A stretch of DNA of 64,000 nucleotides from positions 55,428,001 to 55,492,000 of the forward strand of contig NC_134474.1 in NCBI RefSeq assembly GCF_964194025.1, given 5' to 3'. Positions within the stretch are counted from its first letter, which is position 1; every line of letters starts with the position of its first letter. Below the pieces are notes generated by a model. The model did no database searches. It had not been told where the DNA came from and worked only from the letters and a program-made list of their open reading frames with translations. The DNA is from Convolutriloba macropyga. Lineage: Eukaryota. The position numbers and the translations under genes are program-made. This document shows positions 49,899 through 63,524 of this stretch, piece by piece.

Positions 49899-51370
49899 CT
49901 AAAACAGAAATGTTTTACTGCACCAAATGACTTGACTTTTCAGATCTTAACTTCTCTATACGTTAATTAAGTTAAAACTTTTTTGCTTCAAAACATGGGC
50001 TGAAAAAGGTTTCACTTTCAGACGAAACTTTTCGTCGCAACGCACACTTAGGCACACACTATTCTTTGCGGCCATGAAAACTAAGCATCCGGTAAACATA
50101 TCAAACTTTCAAAGATGACATCAAAGCACGAAATGCCTTTCATACAAAACCTCCAGAATACTACTTTTTTAAAACACCACGTCATCATTGAGACCAAGCA
50201 AAAACTGACAAAGTGCTCGGGTAAAAAAATGGGGATACCTCTTTCCTAAATTATGTCGTCTATCAATTTTGCTTTTGTTTCACGACAAAAGACGAACAAG
50301 GCTGATCGGTAATGTGCGTTCGCATATAATGCTCCGACCCGGCTCACCCACGTCTTCGAATTACTTCTCTACCAAATTAAGAAGAGATCGAAAACTTATA
50401 AAAAGATCGAACATAATTGGTGTATCCATGTAAAAAAAACTTTAAGCTCAAACCACAACAAACTGATGGTGCCTCGTTCGCGGGCCATAAAACCAGCCAT
50501 TAAGCAGACTAAGAGAAAAGACAAAATCAAATAAAACAACAAGCATTAATTACGACCAAAACTCATTATCTATCTATTTGAAAAAGAAATTGATAAACAG
50601 TCAAAATAGCCAGATATAATCTAAACGAAGCAAACAAACTTGCATCTCAATAGAAACATTACTGATCCTGTCTATATTGAAAACAACCATGAAAAAGACA
50701 AAAAATTATACCTTCTGAAAACATTTAATTTCATAGTAACGAAAACCATTAGCTAAAAGTTGAAATCATTGTAAAGTTTCGTCTAAACTTCCGTATGACG
50801 CCATTAAGACTTTTCACTATCCAAAGCGTCATACAACAACAAAATTATCAAATACAGGCAAAAATCAAGAAGTCCATTAAATTTTGCGAGAAAACGGTGT
50901 CGATGCCGTTAAAATCATAGTCTATCGAATAAAAATATTAAAAAGAATCAATTGCGCCTTCTTCCAACGTCACTATAATGTGAATTGTGACTTGTCACTA
51001 ATGTGTCACATATGAGATAATGGGACAAGACAGCAAAGATAAAAAGGGATCTGTTCTGTTTCGGCACCCCCGTGTTTTTTATGACCCTCAGTTACAAATT
51101 ATAAGTTGTTATACAGCACGTTACTATGTAAGAAAATACGCAGCACGCCTGAGGGCCAAAAAAAGTTTGTGTACACTAAGCTGGGTGGGCTACAACAGAA
51201 TAGATCTTAAAAAAATTACGGAAACTCGTAGTATCAGAGCCAAAACAAATATTTGAAAGATTTAACAGCAAGGAAGACTATATTATAAGTCAGCCAAAAG
51301 ACGAAGCGACCTCTTTTTTGCTGAGCCATGCTACAAGTGGCAAAAAATGAAAAGTTACAAATCTAAGAAA

Positions 51371-51869
51371 AACATAGCTGGCAGATTGCCAGAAAATAGC
51401 CGCAATAGATTCGTAGATCGGCAGTCTAAAAACAACATTAAAAAAGACAGACCAAAAAAATTCGTCTTTTCATTGAAGGCTGATCTGTTATATTTTGATT
51501 AAAAATCTGTATAAGTTATTGCTGCCTCTATTAGCTGATCTCAAATAACCTTCATTTAGAGTGACACACACCCATTTGACCTTATCTCTTTGAATTAAAG
51601 TAAATAAAAGTCAATTTTAAAGTGAGGAAGTCATTTTTGAGAGTGAGGTAAGTCAAGTGTGACCAAAAATTTAATCACGCGCATGAACAAAAAAACTCGC
51701 TCCACTAAGAGCGAAAAATGACGTCACACATGCAATTCAGTTGAAATTGCATGAACGAATGAAAAAAAAGTGGCTGTGACGTCATATGGTCGTAACAAAA
51801 ATCATGACGACGAAATAAAAAAACCAAGAGAAGGCCAATAATAGCCCCAGCTATCGCTGTGCGGCTATT
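51371..51869 (-). mobile_element. Helentron/DINE-1-like element, family 1 (~500 bp)
   Basis: aacatagct-GGCAgatTGCC-agaaAATAGCCGC ... GCGGCTATT. The last ~50 bp also occur alone at ~45529-45576. Confidence 0.65.
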
Positions 51870-53906
51870 AATAACAAAAATTTCAAACAATTTTTTAAAA
51901 CCTTCAGTCACATCAACAATAAGCTTTCCACAAACAAATAGTGAAGAGATTAATTTTATGATTACGACGCCAATGAGAGATGTCATTAGTGAGACAAGGC
52001 TTTAAAAAAATTAACGAAAACAGGCACAGCTGAACTTTTGATCTTTTAAGAATTAGGTTTTGATTAGAAGTCAATCTGGTCCGTAATTAACACGCAAAAA
52101 AGGCAAATTATATTTTTAAAAAAGACGACACCTCCCATTAAAATCTGTCTTATTTTTTAAAACAAATTTAAAATCCACAGGTAGAACAAAGTTGTTTGTC
52201 CATTGAAATAAATTGTCCATTTATTGCCGAAATAGATAACTTAAGGAAATATCAAAATTAAAAGATAGATTAGCAAAAAACAAGTAAGTTTTCTCTGCAA
52301 ATAATAGATAGTTTAACTAACAACTCCTTAAAGCGAAATCATCCTGTCATCAACTAAACGCGGTCATAAAACTACAAAAAAGAACAACGAATACTGGAAA
52401 AACTCAAGAGTTCGTTAAAAAATTTAAGAAAACACTTTCTCGAAGCCATAAAAACCATGCACATTACTCAAAAGGCAAAACATCTATTCGATGGTTCTCA
52501 ATCGAACAAAAACGTGACCTCCCATTAATTGAACTCCTAAACGAAAACAGACTCGTCTGTTAATGCGGTGGTAAAAATGCAGAAAAAAAATTTAATAAAG
52601 ACATACCCAAAGCACAATCCGGAAGGCCGCAAGAATTTGAGTTTCAGAACACTTTCTTAGGAGCCGGAGGTAAAAATAGCCCTCATATAAGTAATCACAG
52701 ATTGTTTCAGCAGTTTTCAGGTCTGCACTACCGGACCACTTTGACAAAGTGGGCTAAATAAGCGTATTTGGTGCCACTTTTCATGGAAAAAAGAGGAAAA
52801 ATTTTTGAACTTTAACAAAAAAAAGACGGTTCAAACAATTTAAAAACTTACTTTGGATCAGTACAAAGAAAAATAAAGAGACTATCAATAACAATTTTAG
52901 CATTTTTTGTGCAAAATTGGTCAGAATCTCGGCAAAAATCACGAATAAAACAACAAAAGTGAGGCTAACAATCACAAATCTTCAATCCTTCGTAGCTCCT
53001 CGGAAAAGCAAAAATCAGTACCAATCTTTTGGATTTCATATTCTACGCTTGACGAGCTTTCTAATGATGCCACTCACAACTCTGTACGATGAATATATCG
53101 ATCGGTTAGCATGTAGTTCCCCCACTAAAGTGAATCGGAACACAAACAGCATTCATAGCTTTGATGAAAACCACAAACTACAAATTCAAGGGCATCGAAT
53201 AAGCTGGAATGCTTGAAAATGCAACGCAACTAATTGTTCAAATAACATCTAGAAGGCCAGCAGTGTATGTCGATTTCGCGACCCCGTGCAAATGTCACCC
53301 CCCCCCCCCCCACCCTCCAATCGTTTTCTTGATCACTCATTCTTTATTTTCTGCACCCTGGCACAATAAGTTCAGTCAGAATCCAGCCAGCTCCAAGTCA
53401 TAAATCCGAAAGGATTGAGAACTCTTAACCGCCACGTATAGTCTCTTAACCGCCACTGTTCTAACAGCTAGACATGTATGGCGCATGCTAGATGTATCCT
53501 GGACGACCTAACATCGTGCGTTGAACGTAAAAACGCCCTGCTGCATAATCATATTTCCGGTTTCCGCCCTCGCACGCTTTTTGTTAGACTAGTCCCATTT
53601 TTGCTTTTTGGAACTGTTTTCAGAGTAACATGCGTTACCACCAACATAAATGACCTCATACTGGAGCCACTAGTTTTGCACATCATTCTCCCCTGCAGTT
53701 GTTATGGATACAGCTTGCAACTGTGAAGTGAAAGTAGGGAATTCTTCCTTTACTCTGTCCAAAATAGAACTACAAACGACCGACGTAATCAAATAATGAG
53801 AATTTAAATTGCGACAGCTTTGTCTAGGAGACTTGCATTACAAGTTCAATGGGTGAAGACAAAATGCAAGAATGCCTTTTATTAAATTGTCTAACTAGTC
53901 ACTCAC

Positions 53907-54082
53907 TGGAGGACCCTTTGACTCGTCAATCCCGTCTAGACACTCTACAACCCCATCACAAGGCAGAGCACAAATGGGGTCAGCGTCCCCACACTCTATA
54001 TACCCATCCAGACAGTCCCCTGCAAACTCGACCCACTCATCCGGCTCCTGATCAGTCCAGTATGTGGAACAGTTGATTGCAG
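53907..54082 (-). CDS. Exon encoding an LDL-receptor class A-like repeat
   Basis: cggcag|CT ... CCA|gtgagt, phase 1 to 0. (T)AINCSTYWTDQEPDEWVEFAGDCLDGYIECGDADPICALPCDGVVECLDGIDESKGPP (CDGxxxCxDGxDE). Confidence 0.9.
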
Positions 54083-54649
54083 CTGCCGAAACGCATCACC
54101 ACGTATATTCAAAATGAACCTTAAGCGTGAATGAAACATGAAACAGCTTTAATGATGAAATAAATATTGGACAAAATTTTATTAGTATATTTGACCACTG
54201 AGAAAATTATTAGTCAAATTATTATATCAGTCAAAAGGATGAGAAAAATTTGTATCAATTCGATATTCGCATCACGCTCACTCCAAACCCATGATAAAAA
54301 CTAAATAGTTAATTGTAGTACAAAAATCTGGGGTGGACAAAACCATTCTAGAAAAATAAACCCTCATCATTGCTTCTGGCTTCATTGTGCACTGTGGTTG
54401 GATTCCGACATTCGGAAACAGTTAAAAAGTACTCCATGACATTTTACGTTATGAATCAGATCTATTACATTAAATGTAAGTCGCACTTGAGCGTAATGAG
54501 TAGCATTGCTCCTATCTTCACATGTTTTAACAATCCTTAAACGTCAGCCTACACCAACATGGTTAAGCTCCTGATCTGCACATGTTCTTGTGCTCATTAA
54601 GCATGCAGCAAAAACCAGCGAGACAAAAAAAGCCATTGATCAAAAATTT

Positions 54650-56075
54650 GCGTATGTAGTCAGTTCAAAACAGTCAGAAGCAACAGGCGTCGGTAGCGTA
54701 CGGCATTAGACATATACAACTATTTTGAATCCTTTCAACTTTTTTCAGACCATATATAACACTAACTAAACCTGCATTATGCTATTCGGTTTTTAACGTC
54801 ACTTCCGTCTCGTACGTCGTCACTTGAAATCTGATTTTTTGTTCGTTTATTCATGCAATTTAGACTCAACTGCATGTCTGACGTTATTTTTCACTCCTCC
54901 CGTCGAAGAGGGGTTTTGTTCTCTTGTATTTATTTCTGCTTAATTTAATAGAAGCAGATAAGTTCAACAACGCATTCCACCCTCTTTAAAGATTATTCAA
55001 TTAAAATGTTAATTTCTGTCAATCTGCCAACTATTTCATGTTTTTGTTTCCCTAATTTTGCTGTCGATTCCCTTTATCTCTAAACTACTCGCTTGGAAAC
55101 AAAACGAGCAAATAGCTCTTAAAAATTGTTAAATGATTAATCCATCAATATGTCAACAGCATTTTTTACTGTCCTTTCTCTTTAAAAATTGGTTCTTTGT
55201 AATGTGTCAAATTTAAATCTACCTATAAAAGACAGATCAGGCCAACTTCTCTGCCCCTGTCCTGCGAGTCTGACTACCCATAGTACAAATTAGTTAAACC
55301 AAAAGCAGTCTTGAATTATGAAAAATGAAATGGACATTATATGCTCAAAATGATCAATGTTAATAATAAAGCATTGCGACCACATTAAAATAACGAAATT
55401 GTTCTTTTTAGAAACAACTGTTTAACTTGAAAACGTTTTAGTCATTAAAAATGTTGGCAACTGCATCATTTTGATTTTGTATCTGTTGCTATCTATAGTA
55501 TGAATCACGTAAGTCTGTTTCGCAAGCAGCTATTTAGGTAAAATTCGTGCGTATGTGGTCAGTTCAATAGGCACAGGGAACAGGCGTCGGTAGCGTAAGG
55601 GATTAGACCTATACAATTTCAACCTTTTCAACTATTTTCAGACCATGTATAATACTGACTAAATCTGCATTATGCTATTTGGTTTTTAACGTCACTTCCG
55701 TCTCGTACGTCGTCACTTCAAATCTGACTTTTTGTTCTTCTATTCAAGCAATTTAGACTGAACTGCATGTCTGACGTTATTTTTCACTCTCATTAGAGCG
55801 AGTTTATTATGGTTGAATTGTATGGCTCATTTAATGGTCACTATGACTCATCTCACGCTCAACAGGGCTTTTGATCTCTCGTATCGATTCTTGCTCAATT
55901 TAATTGACAGAGAGATGTTCAACTACGCATTCCACCCTTTTTGAAGATTATTCACCTACAATGTTAATTTGTGGCGATCTGCCAGCTGTTTCATATTTTT
56001 GCTTCCCTATTTTTGTTGTCGATTCCCTTCATCTCCAAACTACTCGTTTGGAAACAATACGAGCAACCAGGTCTG
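54650..56075 (+). repeat. Direct duplication (~54650-55120 vs ~55550-56075) made of family-1 element remnants
   Basis: caggcgtcggtagcgta and aacgtcacttccgtctcgtacgtcgtcactt occur in both copies. Each carries the (g)gcaatctgccagct-type hairpin end on the plus strand. Confidence 0.8.
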
Positions 56076-56665
56076 CAAAACTGTTATAATCCATTATGTT
56101 TACTGTCTTTTGATCGAAAAAACGGTGTATGGGCAAAAAATTGCTTTCTCGCTAGTGTTTTTTATATTCAGATGCGATGTTTTCGTTTTGATTTGTATTG
56201 TTTTTCCGAATTCTTTTTTGCTGGAATTTTTTCTAAACGGTTTTGCCCAATCAAGAAATAGTATATTCTATGTCTCGTCAATGTTAAATATACAATTGGT
56301 TAAAGATCAGTTTGATGTTAACAGCTTAAGTTAACACACATTAACGTAATCACTGTCTAGCATATTTTCCGAAATAAAATTAAAACCCAGTGATTAGAGG
56401 ATTCGAATATTTGCACGAATCCTTCATTGTGTTTAAAAATTCAAAAATCATGCAAAATCTTTCCAGTTGATTCAAAATTTAGCAAAAAGCAGGCATTCTA
56501 TTAAAAGTTTGTTTGCAAGCTTCTCGTAAGATTTCCATTATTCTATTGGATTACTGATGGTTCCTACAACATTCCGTCGAGAGTTCGATCTTATGCTAAG
56601 CGAAAAAACCATCAATAATATGCGAGCATTTATAATTAACAAGATCAAGTTGACTATATTCTTAC

Positions 56666-56759
56666 TGAAGTTATCATACTCCGATGGTAGTCCTCCCTCA
56701 TCCCAACAGTCTTCACACTCGCATGTCCCATCACACAACCACAACTCCGAAACACACTC
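56666..56759 (-). CDS. Exon encoding an LDLa-like repeat (C-terminal half)
   Basis: gtctag|GAG ... TTC A|gtaaga, phase 0 to 1. ECVSELWLCDGTCECEDCWDEGGLPSEYDNF. Confidence 0.85.
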
Positions 56760-58479
56760 CTAGACATTTACAGCAGAAAACTCACAAAACTGCAGAATAC
56801 AAAATACGCAACACTACATCATTAATCGTTCCATAAATATTATATGAAACGAAACAAGTTCAGCTGGCAATTGTTGAGTTTAATTTTTGTTTTTCAGTCG
56901 TGAAAAAACTCGAATTTTTTGATCTGCACCGATTTCACACAAATTTGTGTTCACTAATATAAAACTGAAAAACAAATCTCAGCGTATAGAAGCAATTGAT
57001 TATTGGAGAAAAGGCTGAGGAGTTATCAAAATATCGTTAACAGTGTCGCCAATAATAACACTATCAGGGAGAGATTTGCACAGCTAAAATTCTGTTGGTG
57101 AATTCCAATAAAATTTTGGGAGGCGCTGCAGAGTTTTCTTTTGTAGGAATTGACTCTCAAGTACATTACCTGAAAAACAACTGTTTATACCGAGTATAAA
57201 AATTCGAAGATGTAATTTTCTCGTTAACATGTTTAAAGATTAGAGTTGTAAGCATTGAAGTAAAGTAGCTAAAGTTTGCTTAGTTACCTCAAAATTGAAC
57301 TAATCCCTAAATGTTCCAAAATTTTTTCAGAAATCGGGGAATAAATATGCGAGTCCGGCTTCTCTCTTGTCAATTTCACTTTTTGTTTATGCATCGTAGA
57401 GAAAAAAAAACCATTTTAGCCCTCGCGATCTAGGTTTCTTTTTCAAAAAAAATTATTAGAAATTCGAAAAAAAAAATGAAATTTTCGAAAAAAATGAGAA
57501 GGAAAAAGAACGATTGCTTGGAGGCGAGGCAAGTGGGGGAGGGGCAGATCGCACTGAAGAGAGAAAGAGATCGCAATTTAAGGAAGAAACGAAAAAAACA
57601 TTGCAGTAAATTTAGTTAGCTTAAATTGAGATTTTTAAATAATGCTCAGGCCTAAAAATAAAAAAAATGAACTATATAACTGAAAATTTCCAGAAAAAAT
57701 AATTGTATTTTTCTCTCAAAACTCTGTCTAAAAGACATTTTTATCCGTCTCTCTGTTTTTCGCTTGTTAAAAACTAATGTACGAACATTTTTATTCTCTG
57801 TATCAAAAAATGTGAAATTGAAGACTTCAGGCAGAGTAGAGCTCTCAAAATCGCATAAATCAACATTGAAAAGGTAAAACAAAAAGAAAGATGTATTCTT
57901 TTCTCAATTCTAGAGTTGTTTTTGCGAAAAAAAAATCTCATTTAGTCAGAACAAACCATTTGTGTTTTTTGAACCTTGAAACGTTGCCAAACACATATCA
58001 TGAAATCAGCATCAAATAAACCAAATTAATAATCAAAAATAGAAAACTTTTACATCTTACTTTTATGTTTTCTTCATAATGTCAGAGCAGATGTTTCGAA
58101 AGAATCTTCTCTAGCAAAATGAAAGACAGATCAAGTTGAAAATTAGCGAGTTTATGGATTGTCAGGTTAAGAAATGTAAAAGTTATTTACATTTTTTGAA
58201 AATGAGAAAATTATTCTTCTTATATCTGTATTGTGAAATTGCTCTTCGAACTGATTCTTTCGAGTCTTTGGGCGTTTAGGCAAAAAATAGATTCTTCAAA
58301 GATTGCGAAACTCTTCATATGACCTTCTTTTGAAAGAAAAAAGAAATTTCTTATTTCAGTTATCAAAGAATTAGTTAAATTTACCTATTTCTTTAAAAAT
58401 ACTCTTACTTAAAAAAGGGAAAACCCACAACATCAAATTTATAACCAATGTTCCCAAAAGCTGCAAAATAATTTAAAAA

Positions 58480-59960
58480 TTACATGTTAGAAACAACTAA
58501 GAGGCAGAGTGCAAAAACTGCCAGAAGTATTAAAAGTTAGGAAATTACTGGACTTAGAAAAGTTTGCTAATAACTGCGGTTTTAAAAATGCTCAGAAACA
58601 TAACTGTAAAAAATAATTCTATCTAAATGTCTCGCTATCCAATCTAAACGAATGTTCAGGAAACACCAAAAATGGCAAAACAATTCGAATAAAGTTAAAA
58701 AGCTCATTTTGAATTTTATTGTCAGTTTTCGGATTACCGATACAAATGCCTCAAGAAGTTCACTTCTAGTTTTCCACAACAAAACAACCAAGACGCAAAT
58801 GAGAGGTGACAAACATTGAGTTAAGATCAGATGGCAAGAAGAAAAATTTAATAGTAATTTTTAAGGTGAGATTTGTATTTGTTTTCGTGTGTGTGCGCGC
58901 CTGTGTGGGCGGATGTGTGCTCTTTCATATTTTCAATATGCGTGGATTTTGTTAAGAGAGAGCGAGAGAGATAGAGAGAGAGAGATTAAGTGTGAGATAA
59001 ATATTTAAAATATTAGACACAAATAGAGGGAGAGAGCAGAAACTGGCAGAAGTCGTGAAATGAGAAAAATTTATATAAATTTTGCTGAAAGATGCGGATT
59101 TTAATAAGTACAATGCCAAATCTGTGTTTTTAAGCGTGCTGATAACATGTTTTTGAGATTTCAAAGCATAATTGTCCCGTTATACTCATGAAACATCAAA
59201 TATGACAAACGAATTCGAAAACCTTCAAAAAGTTCATTTCAGATTTTACTGCCCATTTTGCAGTTACCGATACAATTGCCTCAAGCAGTCCACGCCTAAT
59301 TTTTCGAAAAAAAATAAGACAAGCTACATATAAAGGGTGATGTGGTTTGAGTAATGATCAGCAAATTTTTTTGGTGGTGAGATTTGTTTATTTTTGTGTG
59401 CACGCACCCTGCTGTTGGTGCATATAAGTGCGTGCGATTGTTTATATGTGTGGTATACGTGGATGAGAGAGGGAGAAAAAAAATTTAGTGTGAGACAGAT
59501 AGATCATTCAAATGTTAGACACAAATAGAGGCGGAGTGCAAAAACTGCCAGAAAAAAAAGAAAATTAGAAAAACTAAATAATATTTGCTAGAAACTGGGG
59601 CCCTATATGTGTCCAATACTGAAATCCTAAAATCTGCATTTAAATTTTGCTGGTGGCAGCTCTGCCAGAGATTAAAATTTCATTTACCCCTTGTGGTCAT
59701 GAAACATCAAAATTGAAAATTTTTTCGAAAAATTTGAAAAAGTTACGTTTCATAGTTTAGTTTCAAAACTTCAGTTACCAAAACAATTTCCTCAAAAAGA
59801 CACACATATTTTTTATAAAAAACAACTAAAAAGTTCCAAAAGAACAGTGACGAACCTTGAGAGGTTATAAATTGACAAAAACAAAAACCAAAAAACGGTT
59901 TTTTGTTGGGCTTGAAATTTGTGTATTGGTTGTATTGGTGTTTGTTTGTTTAATGTGTGC
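58480..59960. repeat. Diverged ~510-bp tandem repeat, 3 units
   Basis: A ttagacacaaatagagg..gagtgcaaaaactgccagaa-type start at ~58487, ~59013 and ~59515; collinear ttaccgatacaa..gcctcaa and gagatttgt blocks. Confidence 0.7.
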
Positions 59961-60184
59961 TCTGTGTGTTCCTAGGGTTTTTATGTCCTTCGGATTATAC
60001 TACACTTATCTTTCTATTATTTGTTCTTATGAAAAAAGACGTCATATTATTTGGTTGAAAGATTACAAGATAATTTCTCCAATGAATACAATTCACTTTC
60101 GGATACTCCCAACGATTTCTGACAGAATTTGAAAGTTGATTTTGAGATGCATGTTAGAATATTCTGTGCTACGCACAGACTCAC

Positions 60185-60235
60185 GCGTCCGTCATGTTAC
60201 TATCATTGCAGAGATATTTTGCAACGGCGCACAAA
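60185..60235 (-). CDS. Candidate 51-nt upstream exon of the LDLa region
   Basis: cactag|T TTG TGC ... GAC GC|gtgagt reads LCAVAKYLCNDSNMTD and could supply the missing first two LDLa cysteines. Its phase-2 end does not join the phase-0 exon at 56759 directly. Confidence 0.3.
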
Positions 60236-63227
60236 CTAGTGACAAGATTTTGTCATTATAATCCAAAATTTGTCCAAAAGCTTTTATTTAAGCTTATGAC
60301 CACTAAATTCCTCCAGCATCAAAAAAAATAATTTTTGAGGATTGTTTTTCCTAAAAAAACTCAATTGTCCTATGTGATTTAACAAGTATTGCTACAAGTT
60401 ACATCAGACATACTTTAGATACCTAAGAGCTTTTGGGATATAAGTTTGTACTAATCTTCAATTTGCCTTTTTAACCGCGACTATTAAGAATTTAGAAACC
60501 GCTCAATCTTGTCCCGTTTTGCACTGTTTGTAGTGCACAGTCCGCAAAATTTTTTTTTATTTATTTCACATGAAGCTTAAGTGCTAAGATAGGTACTAAC
60601 AAACAACATAAGAGCGCTTCTTTTTAACCAGTCTATAAAAATTCCGTAGTCGCTCTTCACTTTCTCCAAATCGCATGCTTTCACAACCCTTAAATTAGTG
60701 AACTTATTTGGGAGAAAATGTTAACAAACATTCCGTAAACATTATCCGTTCTGAACGTGACTAGTTTTCGAATTAAAAAATTAAGACAACAAAGGAAACG
60801 TAGGGATGAAAAAATGGCAAAATGGGCTTAAAATCTCAAAAACGGCTATTTCAAAACTAATCTTCCGATGAAAATGATACCATCTGGGTGTTCTATTTAA
60901 ATACACAGACTCTAATATTATCGAGATGAGGAGCTTACCAGTTACGTTAAATGTACAATAATTAATCTTCTGACCACACTTTGCGGGAGGGGAGGACTGC
61001 ACAATAAGGTACTTTACCTCAGTGAACTTTGGTTCACTGGTATATTCAGGAAAAAAAGATACGAGTGGTATTATTATAATAGCTTTTATCGTTTTTCGAA
61101 AGTCGTCATGTTTGAGTTTCGAAAATCGTCAAGAATTATCTATCTTAAATTTCACTTACTTTTCCTTCAAATTATACCCAAAAAAGTTCAATTAAGTAAA
61201 GTTGTAGTTACGCGAGTAACCTGATATTCAAGACTCCATCGATATCAATTAACTGTGTGAAACTGTCATATTTTTGTTATTTTAGGTGTTGCAGTTTCTT
61301 TAGCATCATCGGATTAATTGGCCCCAAATCAATTGTTTCAGAAAAAATGTGTCAATAACAACAGGTGTTTATTCTAATTTTATCAATTTTAGCATTTTTA
61401 CATCTCTTTTATCCTTCATATCAATTTCCAAGCCAATATCAGCACTCTATAAACTTTTGCTTATGTTTCTAGCTCTGCAAAGTTCTATCTGGTTTCCAGA
61501 TGTTTCATTGAAAAATATTGTATCCAAAAATAAGACTTGTTTCCACAATATAGTCACACAATGAATAATTTACAACTAAAAACTGGCTACGAATGGACTG
61601 TAATTAACTTTTTGGGATCAAACAGCAAAACATTTGAAATTTCGCTTTAGTTTCTCAGCCATTTATTGGGAACTTTTGAATATTTATACTTCAACAGTTT
61701 GCTTCTCTTTCAAAGGAAAATGAGTAAACTTGCTTCTTGACCCTTTTGATATCAGGCGGATATTTACAGTTTTAGGAAAAGGGAACTAATATACTACATC
61801 TTTGCTTCAATATCTAACCATTGTTTCAAAAATACTCATGCTTGAGCAGAAATATTTCTTTAAGGAAAAAAACTACTCGATTAAAACCAACCGCCACGTT
61901 TTAAATGTTTTTTTTTTCAGTTTTGCTCAACTATAATTAAAATACCTTTAGCTTGGTTCAACTAAAGTGCTGAAAGGTTCGTTTTGGATGCAACTTTAAA
62001 TTGATGAAGCAGATGCCCCTTTTAACAAAAGTTAAAATTGTGCGTTTTAATTTAACTTCCTTCTTTTTTCCAGGAAAAAGTTATTCCAATTTTAAATACT
62101 TTTTGCTGAGTTTGTAGAACCCGTACTTACCGCTCAGGCAAATTCAGTACCGAAACAGAATAATATCATTCTGCAAAACTTAATGAAAATTATTATGATC
62201 ATTTCGCTTTTAAAATTACAGAGCTTTTCTTCAGAGCTATACGAAATGACTCACGCGAGCATCAAATTGCACTTTCTGATTTTGATCTACGATTTAGGTA
62301 CTTACGACTGTGTGTCCTCTGGGCATTTATTTTTACATCATATCTGCTCTCTGAACAACCTCAATTCCCGCCATATTTGTTTCTTAGCAGCATCAACTAC
62401 AGCATAATCATGCGATAATTACCCACGCTTTTATCGCTTTCGTTTGTACAGCAACCACTTATATTCCGCGCTACAAATGCCACTTATACTCCGCGCTACT
62501 TATACTCCGCTATTTAATACCTCAAATTAATGCCTCAAAAAGCATGCTCATGAAGCAAAACCAATATTTTTTGGATTACTAATGAATTGGAATAAAGAAT
62601 TGGTACAGTTTGGTAGAGGACAAATTGGTCGAGGGTACAGTTTCAGTTAGGTACAGTTTGTGCAGTTAGATATACAGTTTGATGTGCAGTTTGATCGTAG
62701 GAAGTTTGACCGTAGGCTATTTGATGTTAGAAAGTTTGATCGTAGATTTAATCGTAGGAAGTTTGAATACTCGATCGTAGGAAGTTTGAATACACGCAGG
62801 AAGTTCACTCGTATTCCCTGCAGTCTTTTCCTTTGACTTCTCAGACCAGTCCACTGGATTGCCATCCAGAGGATTGTTCACAATTGACTCGGAAGAGGTA
62901 GCACGTGTAAAATTAATTACTGTGAATGACTCCGAAATACAATACGTGCATTTTGGATTGGATCGCCCTTGGTGAAATTCATTAAAGATTAATTTTAAAA
63001 CATGATACATCTGAAATACAGAAAAAGGCAGAAATCAAGTTCGGATTTAATTAATGTAAACAAATAAAAAGCTAAAGAGGATAACATACAAGGTAAACGC
63101 ATACAGGATGACAGACATAAAGGATGAGTGAAATAGGATGAGTGAAATCGTGACCCAAATCAAACTTTCGGATCTAAACAGGATGTAAACAATGAAGACT
63201 GAATGAATGATTATGAACTCAATGAAT

Positions 63228-63524
63228 TTACGAAGACTCCGACTTGATGTTGATGTTGTTGTGTTCTCTTTCATGATGGCGCTTGAGATTTGATCTGTAT
63301 ATGGTTTGGAACTCGCAGAGGTCGCATTTTGTCGGTTGAATGCGCCGCTGATGAATCCGTGATACGCGACGCGCAGTGATGTATTGCGCACGTGACTTGT
63401 AGTCACAGTACGCGCACTCGTACCTTGCGCTCAGCCACCACCACAGTCTGACTCGAGCCCGTCTTTTTCTCATGTTTACAATCAGCTCGCCCCTTTCATC
63501 ATAAAGTTCTACGACCTTTCTCAA
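63228..63524 (-). CDS. C2H2 zinc-finger fragment (one intact and one degenerate finger)
   Basis: YECAYCDYKSRAQYITARRVSRIH (first His replaced) and KCDLCEFQTIYRSNLKRHHEREH. Start and gene structure unclear. Confidence 0.6.
   Translation of the reverse strand: MRKVVELYDERGELIVNMRKRRARVRLWWWLSARYECAYCDYKSRAQYITARRVSRIHQRRIQPTKCDLCEFQTIYRSNLKRHHEREHNNINIKSESS

Noticed and set aside
60939-60996. SSPPAKCGQKINYCTFNVT segment as a channel-gene exon
   Set aside because: It has plausible splice sites, but its phase-1 end fits no downstream exon, it carries no family motif, and it is contiguous with decayed coding-like DNA.
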